Source: the human T2T-CHM13v2.0 reference genome, Homo sapiens. From it: a stretch of 64,000 nt of DNA. Position numbers and translations under genes: made by a program. The stretch lies in NCBI RefSeq assembly GCF_009914755.1, contig NC_060935.1; one strand, given 5' to 3'. The notes beneath the pieces were generated by a model, which saw nothing but the letters and a program-made list of their open reading frames with translations, did no database searches and was not told where the DNA came from. How positions within the stretch are numbered: the stretch's first letter is position 1; every line of letters starts with the position of its first letter. Below, one piece after another: positions 53,716 through 64,000 of this stretch.

Positions 53716-56700
53716 TTAATCTGCTAGGGAAAATAGCAGATAGGAGACAGGACTAACGTGCAGCGCGAACCACCACAGGAATGTGCCCAGAAAATTGAAA
53801 GAGTTCACAGATCTTGTGGAATAAGTGGCTTGCTGCTGTTAACTCCAAAAGACAGCTGGAAAACTGTGAGTTCCCAAAGTGTGATGGGGGGAAACCTGCC
53901 TTTGAATACACAACCCCATGGGGGAATCTGAAAATCCAGCTCATGGGAGAGGATTTCATCTTACCTAGAGTTGAAACAGATTTAAGGAGCTGAGTGAAAT
54001 ATTAAAGTAGAAGGAGCAGCAGGAAGAGCCCTGTAGGCACTCCCAGTCCCCAGCTCAAGCCCAGGGAAGCTATCCCTGACTTTATCTCACAGGGGTCCTC
54101 AGGGAAGGCAGCCAGTGGAACTAGAGAGGGGTAGCAGGGTGAAAGAAGCTTCCCACTAAACTTTGTAAAAATTTCAACGAAGCACAAATTTTCTTGAGCA
54201 GAATCGGGGGCAGTGGGGGGGCAAACAGGAATTGCTGCAGGAGTTGCAGTCAATGGTGTGAGCAGGTGGGAGCTGTGAGGTCTGAAAGCTTGCTTTCTCA
54301 GTGGGGAAGATTGTAACCTGGGACAACATCTGAACTCCATGCATGGGATGCCTGGATAGAAACTTGGTGCTGTTAGCAGAGCACGACAGGAGTGAGACTG
54401 GCCTTGCTGGCTGCATGGAAGCTGGGTTATGCTTGCCACTGCCAGGTTCCCCCACTTCCCTGGCAACCTGTATGATGCAGCAGAGGAAGCCAAAGTCTCC
54501 CTTGGAACCCCATCCCCCAAAGTGGCCGCAGCAAGCCCTGCCCAAGGAGAGTCTGAGCTCAGACCTGCCTAACCCTGCCCCCACCTGATGGTATCCCTCA
54601 ACCCACCCCGGTAGCTGAACACAAAAGACATAAAGTTTTGGGAGCTTTATAGCCCTGCCCATCACCTGAGAAACCCAAATAATTGTGCTGGCCAACTTAG
54701 GGCATGTTTATATCCCCCTTCTACTACCACAGCTGGTGCTCTCTTGAAAGTACCACCTCCTGGCTGGAGGTCAGCCAACTCAAGCCATTACAGCAACTCA
54801 AGACAGAATAATCCTGCTCCAAGAAAAGAGAAAACAACAGCTAATTCCACCACCTGTAACATCCTGGCTAACCAGAGGTCCTGAGCATATCTACAGACAA
54901 CTTCGCTACTAGCATAACCAGCATTCAAGAAAACCAGCACACTCAACAAAACTACAATCAAGGACTCTCAGAGTCTACCTCTCTCCCCTGCCACCTCCAC
55001 CAGAGCAGGTGCTTGTATCCATGGCCATGAGACCTAAAGACAGATCACATCACAGGATTCTTTGCAGACACTCCCCAACATCAGCCCAGAGCCTGGTAGC
55101 CCCACTGGGTAGTTAGACCCAGAAGAGCAATAACAATCACTACAGTCTGGCTCTTGGGAAGCTCCATCCCTAGAGGAGGGGGAGAGCACCACATCAAGTG
55201 ATCACCCCATGGGACAAAAGAATCTAAACAGCAGCCTTTGAGTTCCAGATCTTTCCACTGAAATAGTCTACCCAAATGAGAAGTAACCAGGAAATTCTGG
55301 TGATATGACAAAATAAGGTTCTATCATACCCCCAAAAGATTACCTCCCCAGCAATGGATCTAAACCAAGAAGAAATCCCTGAATTGTCAGATAAAAAAAT
55401 TCAGAAGGTTGATTATTAAGCTACTCAAGGAGGTATCAGAGAAAGGTGAAAACCAATGTAAAGAAATTTTTTTTAAAAAACCAAGAATATGGATGAAAAA
55501 TTTTCCAGAGAAATAGATACCATAAGGAAAAAAACAATCACAACTTCTGGAAATGAAAGACAAACTCAGAGAAGTATAAAATACACTAGAAAGTTTCAAC
55601 AATAGAGCAAGTAGAAGAAAGAACTTCAGAGCTCTAAGACAAGACTTTTGAATTAACCCAATCTGACAAAGACAGAGAAAAAAGGAATTTTTCAAAAGTG
55701 AACAAAGCTTCCAAGAAATTTGAGATTATGTTAAATGACCAAACCTAAGAATAAGTAGTGTTCCTGAGAAAGAAGAGGAATCTAAAAGTTTGGAAAACTT
55801 ATTTGAGAAAATAATCAAGGAAAACTTCCCTGGCCTTGCTAGAGATCTAGACATCCAAATACAAGAAGCCCAAAGAACACCTTGGAAATTCATCACAAAA
55901 AGGTTATCACCTAGGCACATAGTCATCAGGTTATCTAAAATCCAGGTGAAGGAAAGAATCTTAAGAGCTGTGATGCAAAAGCATCACGTAACCTATAAAG
56001 GAAAACCTATCAGATTAACAGATTTCTCAGCAGAAACCCTAAATGCCAGAAGGTATTGGGGTCCTATCTTTAGCCTCCTCAAACAAAATCATCATCCAAG
56101 AATTTTGTACCCAGCAAAGCTAAGCTTCATAATTGAAGGAGAAATAAAGTCTTTTTCAAATAAACAAATGCTGAGAGAGTCACCACTACCAAGCAAGCAC
56201 TATAAGAAATGCTAGAAGGAGTTCTAAATCTTGAAACAAAACCTCAAGATACAGCAAAATAGAACCGCTTTAAAGCATAAATCTCACAGGGCCTATAAAA
56301 CAATAACACAATGAAAAAAGAGGTATTCAGGCAATAACTAGCTTGATGAATTGAACAGTACCTCACATTGCAATATTAACATTGAATGTAAATGGCCTAA
56401 ATACTCCACTTAAAAGATACAGAATGGCAGAATGGATAAAAATCCATCAACCAAGTAGCTGCTGTCTTCAAGAGACTCATCTAACACATAAGGACTCACA
56501 TAAATATAAGTTAAAAAGTGGAAAAAGATATTCCATGCAAATGGAAACCAAAAGGGAACAGGAGTAGCTATTCTTATATCAGACAAAAAACAGATTTTAA
56601 AGCAAGACAAAGAGGAACATTACATAATTATAAAATGATTAGTCCAACAGGAAAATATCATAATTCTACATAGATATGTGCCTAACACTCGAGCTTCCAA

Positions 56701-59700
56701 ATTTATTAAGCAATTACTACTAGACCTAAGAAATGAGATAGATGGCAACACAGTAATAGTGGGGGACTTCAGTACTCCACTTACAGCACTGGACAGATCA
56801 TCAAAACAGAAAGTCCACAAAGAAATAATGGACTTAAAACTATACCCTAAAACAAATGGAATGAACAGATATTTACATAACATTCTATGCAACAACCGCA
56901 GAATATACTTTTTTCTTCAGCACGTGGAACATTCTCCAAGACAGACCATATGATAGGCCACAAAACAAGTCTCAATAAATTTAAGAAAATCAGAATTATA
57001 TCAAATATGCTCTCGGACCACAGCGGAATAAAACTGGAAATTAACTCTAAAAGGAACCCTCAAAATGATACAAATACATGGAAATTAAATAATCTGCCCC
57101 GAATGATCTTTGGGTCAACAATGAAATCAAGATGCACATTAAAAAATTCTTTGAACTGAATGATAATAGTGACACAATGTATCGAAATCTCTGGGATACA
57201 GCAAAAGTGGTGCTAAGACAAAAGTTCATAGCATTTAAATGCCTACATCAAAAAGTCCGAAAAAGCACAAATAGACAATCTAAGGTCACACCTCAAGGAA
57301 CTAGAGAAATAAGAACAAACGAAACCCAAACCCAGCAGAAGAAATGAAATAACAAAGATCAGAGCAGAACTAAATGAAATTGAAACAAAAAAATGCAAAA
57401 GGTAAATTAAAAAGCTCATTCTTTGAAAAGATAAACAAAATTGATAGACCATTAGCAAGATTAACCAAGAAAAGAAGAGAGAAGATGCAAATAAGCTCAA
57501 TTAGAAAAAAATGGCAGATATTACAACCAATACCACAGAAATACAAAAGACCATCCAAGGCTACTATGAACACAAACTAGAAAACCTAGAGGAGATGGAT
57601 AAATGTCTGGAAATATCCAACCCTCCTAGATTAAATCAGGAAGAAACAGAAACTCTGAACAGACCAATAACAAGGAAAGAGATTAAACGGTAATTTAAAA
57701 ATTGCCAACAGCAAAAATAATCCAGGACCAGATGGATTCACAGCTGAATTCTATCAGACATTCAAATAATTAGTACCAATCTTACTGAAACTATTAAAAA
57801 ATTAGAGAAAGAGGGAATGTTCCCTAAATCATTCTATGAAGCCAGTATCACTCTAACACCCAAACCAGGGAAGGACATAAAAACACCAACAAAACACTAC
57901 AAATCAATATCCCTGATGAACATACATGCAAAAGTCCTCAACAAAATACTAGCTAACTGAATCCAACAGCATATCAAAAAGATATGGGTTTCATACCATA
58001 TGCAGGATGGTTTAACATATACAAGTCAATAAATGTGATACATCACATAAACAGAATTAGAAACAAAAATCATATGATTATCTCAATAGACACAGAAAAA
58101 GCATTTTACAAAATCCATCATCCCTTTATCATTAAAACCTTCAGCAAAATCGGCACAGAAGAGACATACCTCAAGGTACTAAAAGCCATCTATGATAAAC
58201 CCACACCCAATGTTATACCGAACAGGGAAAAGTTGAAAGCATTTCCCCTGAGAAATGAAACAGGAGAAGGATGCCCACTTTCATCACTTTTATTCAACAT
58301 AGTACTGGAAGTCCTAGCCAGAGCAATCAGACAAGAGAAACAAATAAAACGCACCCAAATCAGCAAAAAGGAAGTTAAACTGTTGCTATTCACTGATGAT
58401 GTGATCCTATACCTAGAAAACCCTAAAGGCTTATTCAAAAAGCTCCTAGATCTGATAAATGAATTCAGTAAAGTTTCAGGATACAAAATCAATGTATGAA
58501 AGTCAGAAGCACTGCTGTACAACAACCATCAAGCTGAGAATCAAATCAAGAACCCAACCCCTTTTACAATAGCTGCAAAAAGTAAAAACAAAATACTGAG
58601 AAATATACATAACCAAGGAGGTGAAATATCTCGACAAGGAAAACTACAAAACACTGCTGAAAGAAATCATAGACAACACAAACAAATGGAAACACATCCC
58701 ATGCTCATGGATGGGTAGAATCAATATTGTGAAAGTGACCATACTGGCAAAAGCAGTCTACAAATTCAATGCAATTCCTATGAAAATACCACCATCATTC
58801 TTCACAGAACTAGAAAAAACAATCCTAAAATTCATATGGAACAAAAAATAAAAAAAAAAAAGGTTCACGTAGTCAAATTGAGACTAAGCAGAAAGAACAA
58901 ATCTGGAGGCATCACATTACCTGACTTCAAACTATACTATAAGGCCATAGTCACCAAAATAGCATGGTACTGGTATAAACACAGGCATGTAGGCCAATGG
59001 AACAGAATAGAGAACACAGAAGTAAAGCCAAAAACTTACAGTCAACTGATCTTCAACAACGCAAACAAAAACAAAGTGGGAAAGGATACTCTATTCAACA
59101 AATAGTGCTGGGATAATTGGCAAGCTACATGTAGAAGAATGAAACTGGATCTTCATCTCTCACCTTATACAAAATCAACTCAAGATGGATCAAATACTTA
59201 AATCTTAGACTGGAAACCATAAAAATTCTACAAGATAGCATTGGAAAAACACTTCTAGAGATTGGCTAGGCAACGGCTTCATGACCAATAACCCAAAAGC
59301 AATGCAACAAAAACAAAGATAAATAGATGGGACCTAAGCGAAAAAGCTTCTGCACAGCAAAAGAAATAATCAGCAGAGTCAACAGCCCACAGAGTGGGAG
59401 AAAATCTTTGCAATCTATACATCCAACAAAGTACTAACATCCAGAATCTACAAGGAACTAAAACAAATCATCAAGAAAAAAACAAACAATCCCATCAAAA
59501 AGTGGGCTAAGGACATGAATAGACAATTCTTAAAAGAAGATATACAAATGGCCAACAAATATATGAAAAAATGCTCAACATCACTAATGATCAAGGAAAT
59601 GCAAATCAAAACCACAATGTGATACCACCTTACTCCTGCAAGAATGGCCATAATCAAAAAATCAAAAAATAACAGATGTTGGTGTGGATGTAGTGAAAAG

Positions 59701-60345
59701 GGAACACTTACACTGTTGGTAGGAATGTAAACTAGTACAACACACTATGGAAAACAGTGTGGAGATTCCTTAAAGAACTGAAAGTAGAACTACCCTTTGA
59801 TCCAGTAATCCCACTCCTGGGTATTTACCCATAAGGAAAAGAAGTCATTACATGAAAAAGATACTTATACACGCATGTTTATAGCAGCACAATTCACAGT
59901 TGCAAAAATATGAAACCAGCCTAAATGCCCATCAACCAATGAGTGGATAAAGAAAATGTGGTATGTATATACACACCATGGAATACTACTCAGCCATAAA
60001 AAGGAATGAAATAATGGCATTCGCAGCAACCTGAATGGAGTTGGAGACCATTATTCTAAGTGAAGTAACTCAGGAATGGAAAACCAAACATCGTATGTCC
60101 TCACTTATTAATACGAGTGGGAGCTAAGCTATGAGTATGCAAAGGCATAAGAATGATACAATGGATTGTGGGGACTTGGGGAAAAGGGTGGGGTGGGGGT
60201 AAGGGATAAAAGTCTACACAATGGGTAGAGTGTATACTGCTCGGGTGATGGGTGCACCAAGCTCTCAGAAATTACCACTAAAGAACTTATCCATGAAACC
60301 AAAAACTACCTGTTCCCCAAATACGATTGAATAAAAAAGATAAAA
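53716..60345 (+). mobile_element. Full-length, disabled L1PB1-like LINE-1
   Basis: GC-richer 5'UTR. ORF1 from ~55276 (ENLFEKIIKENFPGLARDLDIQIQEAQRTP...PRILYPAKLSF). ORF2 from ~56346 with EN motifs NVNGLN, CLQETH, GDFSTPL, SDH and RT motif [14 protein letters not shown]1PB-type 3'UTR, AATAAA at 60330 and an A tail. Many frameshifts and stops. Confidence 0.93.
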
Positions 60346-60809
60346 AAGAAAAATTAAAGACCCGGATATCAATAAAAAGTTAAAAATATAAATGAAGCCA
60401 TATGGCAATTGAATTCTTAAATAGCATTTTAATAATGTTAATGTACACGGGGGACTAGATAGGGATATCGCTCAAATCATATTTCCCACTTTCTACCCCT
60501 GACTTTCCAGAGTAGCCACATCCGTTGTAGTGAGGGCTTTAGTAAAGTGGAGAGAGCAGTAGGTGCTCAGGACATATTTGTCAAAATGACTTTGGTAACT
60601 CAGTTCTGTTTGTAATTTTTTAAATAACAAATATCAAAAGAACAAAAACCTTCCCATACATGTCCATTAGTGATTCAGGGAAATAAGTGAGAACATACTA
60701 AATTTAGTAGATGTTAGATGAGTTAGTTTTCTATAAAGGTTTTTGTCCCATCTATGATCTACAGACCAAGACAGGGGGACTAATTCTATACTTCAGCTAA
60801 TATCTAGGA

Positions 60810-60972
60810 AACGCCTGGCTCACTCGGTAATTCCTTCCGGTTAGGTGTGTATTTTACATCAGTACCTTTATCTACGCAAATGGCGCCAGAACCTCGCTCT
60901 ATTGTAACTCAGCAAACAGTACCGGTTAGTGATCTGAAATCAGCTGCCTATACCAATAATGACTCTATTGGA
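60810..60972. promoter_or_regulatory. Candidate promoter/enhancer (non-island CpG patch)
   Basis: 7 CpGs in ~115 bp; CTTCCGG (ETS) 60834-60840; AAATGGCG (YY1-like); CCGGTTAG twice; CCAAT 60953-60957 and ATTGG 60967-60971. Confidence 0.35.
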
Positions 60973-61562
60973 CCTTATCTTTCTATTGTGACTCCTTAAA
61001 TTAGCATTTCTTTCTGTTATAATGAAAAAAAGATCTCCATTGATTGCAAAAAGCAATGCCTAATATTATAGCATGATTACTTTCAGAACAAATTGAATAC
61101 AGTATTGTCCAGGAATAATTACCATGTTAAGGAGATTTGAGTCTGCAAGATAGGAAGAAATACTGCCAATTAGAGACAATATCCAATAAACCAATAACCA
61201 AACAGTACTAATATGTTAAACATAATTAGCCTTAGAGTTTCAAAAATACTTCGAAAGGTAAAGTTAAGTCATTTCCTGGGAAGATATTGTGATTGTCAAC
61301 TGCAGCTTTAGTCATCCCTGTATCTGAGGCAGACTGAGGCTCAGAGGAGAGCATGATGTTTAAGAACAAGGGCTGTGTAGTGTTTTGCCTTTTTTATTGC
61401 CCTTTGTCTCCCCTGGACTAAGCCTTGTTCAGGCCCTTGTCACTTAACTTATGTTCCAATCTCCAGGCTGTGCCTCCATCCATCTATGCTATACGCCATA
61501 ATCCAATTAGCTTAAAAAACTAAAAAGTTAAAAGTTATGCTTTCCCAACCTGAAATTATTTT

Positions 61563-61940
61563 GGTCAGCTGGTATTGGTTACATTATGGTGAGGCAAAAA
61601 AATATAGGTCTTATTGGCTTAACAAAAGTTTTTCTTTCTTTCTTACGCTGCATATTCAATTCTGATTGGCAGTGGGACTGTATTCTTTTTACACACTCAG
61701 ACCTGCATGGAAGAAGGCTGTGATGGGTCATAAGCCCCACAGCTGAAGGAAGAAACGTGACAAATCACACCGTGATACTTAAATCTTCTGCCTGAAAGTG
61801 ATATCCATGATGGCCATTCACATTTCTTTGGCCAAGACAAGTCACATGACCCATGCCTATCTTCAAAAATGGGCAGGAAGGTGCTATCCTACTATGTGCC
61901 CGCAGAGAAGTGGAGTATGTGTGAACAATCCAAATAGCTC
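61563..61940 (-). mobile_element. Old MLT1 (H/I/J-like) LTR
   Basis: cacatttctttggccaagacaagtcacatgaccc. Confidence 0.6.
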
Positions 61941-62290
61941 CTGCTTCTATAATAGGAGAATTTCAAGATGAGAAACATATCCCCTTATGGGAAAGCTGAG
62001 GACCATTAACATCTCTTATAAATATTTTTTAATTTTCAAAGAAAATAAATTACTTTAGCACATCAGATAGCATTAGTTTTTAAAAACATTAAATTAGCAA
62101 TAAAGACCCTATACAATTAATTTCCTATTATTATGGTTTTTCTCTCTGGAAAATTTAAATTTCTTCTCCTCAATGATTTTGGCAGTAGCCATTTATTCAT
62201 TTTGCTTAGAAGCAGATATAATGTATGTGACGAGACATTGTCCTGTTTTATTTTAAAATCCTTATGACAAATAAAAATTCACATACTCCA

Positions 62291-62529
62291 GGCCGGGCGC
62301 AGTAGCTCCTGCCTGTAATCTCAGCATTTTGGGAGGCCGAGGCAGGCGGATCACTTGAGATCAGGAGTTGGAGACCATCCTGGCCAACATGGTGGAACCC
62401 CATCTCTACTAAAAATACAAAAATTAGCTGGGCGTGGTGCCAGGTGCCTGTAATCCCAACTACTTGGGAGGCTGAGGTGGGAGAATCGCTTGAACCTAGG
62501 AGGCAGAGGTTGTAGTGAGCAAAGAAAAA
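62291..62529 (+). mobile_element. AluSx-like element lacking its last ~50 nt
   Basis: Body stops at gtgagcaaag, then a short A run; near-TSD aaaaattcacatactcc / aaaaattcacgtattct. Confidence 0.9.
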
Positions 62530-62849
62530 AAAAATTCACGTATTCTCTGTCATACATGTTTACAGTCTAATATAATTTTATCTTCAATAACTCAAATTTT
62601 ACAGAAAAGATTTGAGATAGGAGAGGAATATCTGCAGTGGCTTATTCATATTTTATTTCTCTTCTCAAAACCTTCAAAAATTTCCATCACCCACCTGTTC
62701 AGACACAAATTCTAATGTTTGGCAAACATAGTTAGCTATTTGCCAAAAATTCAGAACTTCCCAGTTCCACAATGTGGAGTTGGCACTGGAAAACAGCTCC
62801 CCTTGCAGCCAGGTATAGCTAATGAAGTGAGCAGAAGTCTTTTTTAATG

Positions 62850-63080
62850 TTTTTATTATTTTATCTAGAAAGTACTTATAAAGCCCATACTATGTACCAG
62901 GTATAGATAAGTATTTGACAAATATTAACTCAGTTACTGTGCATAACAATCCCATGAGGTAGTTCTATAATTGCCCCCACTTTACAGATAAAGAAACCGA
63001 AGGTAAAAGCAGTTCAGTGACGGAGAAGCACAGCTAAGAAGTGACTGGGGTAAGATCTAATTCCAGGGCCAGAGCCCTTA
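62850..63080 (-). mobile_element. MIR flanked by MLT1-like pieces (62740-62840 and 63080-63310)
   Basis: aacaatcccatgaggtag...cccactttacagataaagaaaccga. Confidence 0.75.
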
Positions 63081-64000
63081 AAAAGCAAGTGGGGCTTCTC
63101 TATGTTTCCTTCTTCTATCAACTCTGTGGCCCCAGTTGATTGCAGATCCACACAATTGTAGGGGTCTGGGTTTCTGATTAACCACAGGAAGCAAGCTGCC
63201 CACTGGCCAGGAACTCCCACACTACACTGCCACATGGATGAAAAATAAAATTCTGTTGAGCCAAGGCACTGAAATTTGGGCATTGTTACAGCATCTAGTG
63301 TTTTTTCTTATATCCATGGCAACCAAGACCACTGTAATTGGTCTATGTCTGGAATCAGGAGGCCTGGTTCTAGCCCAAGCACAGTCTCCAGCTTAAGGAA
63401 TGACCTTAAGCAAGCACTTCTTCCCTCAGGGCAACATTTAAAAAAATAAGAAGATTGGATTGATCAACATTTTACTGCCTGTATTTCACAGGACATTCTC
63501 CTTTTAATATATTTGCTTGAACCTTCTTGAAAACAGGACTCCATGGACAAATAAGGTAGGCAAATTCTGAATAATACATCTTGCTTTGGAGACTCATAAT
63601 GCACATTTGCGACATCCTTCCCTGAGGACTTTAACACAGTATTCACCAGATGGATTTGACCATAGGACCTCTTAAATTTTTTGATTGGGAAATATTTATT
63701 AATACTTAGAGAGATATGAGTGTCCTAAGAAATGTAGTTTGGGGAATGATTAATTAGATGAATTCAAAAAGTATTCCCAGTACTAAAACTGCTCTGCTAT
63801 GATTTCCTACCTTTCCACATTTCCCAAATGCAGCTCTAATCAGATTACCTCTTTATTGCTACACATGTGCAGCATGTATGTCCACTTAGGGCTGGGAACC
63901 TCTCACCTTGCTTTCTGAATCTGGAAAAACATTTCCTCTCTTTTGCACCATTCCTAGTCTTGCCTATACTTAAAGGCCCAACTCAACTCTCTCTGGTCTA

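Noticed and set aside
55276-60125. Active LINE-1 / functional reverse transcriptase
   Set aside because: ORF1 and ORF2 are split into many short frames by stops and frameshifts
60872-60888. Second CTCF site (tacgcaaatggcgcc)
   Set aside because: Only the 3' half matches; the CC and AG core positions are missing

Overview
Primate (very likely human or hominoid) non-coding genomic DNA, intergenic or deep intronic, and dominated by transposable elements. I cannot support any host protein-coding exon, tRNA/rRNA gene or CRISPR array. The ORF track consists of fragments of L1 ORF1/ORF2, Tigger1 transposase, Alu-derived frames and apparent chance ORFs. Main content: a near full-length Tigger1 (9367-12332), a full-length but disabled L1PB1-like LINE (~53716-60345), two 5'-truncated L1PA copies with TSDs, large old L1M blocks mostly on the + strand, about 17 Alu/FLAM/FRAM copies or fragments, two THE1D solo LTRs, MLT1 and ERVL LTRs, MER6, MER82, MER58A, MER104, MER63 and MER5A DNA elements, and MIR/L2 relics. 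Unique islands hold candidate regulatory sites: a MEF2+TEAD cluster at ~780-1030, a CpG/XRE patch at ~29.7 kb, a CTCF+YY1 element at ~43.6-43.76 kb and a promoter-like patch at ~60.8-60.97 kb. The most unusual sequence-level signals are apparent DNA-repair scars: a short telomeric insert in an L1, a fold-back palindrome, a templated replacement in an AluY and a 1-kb-spaced duplication. I did not find a convincing new biological system. Subfamily names come from recalled consensus sequences, not from a search, and boundaries of old elements are approximate.
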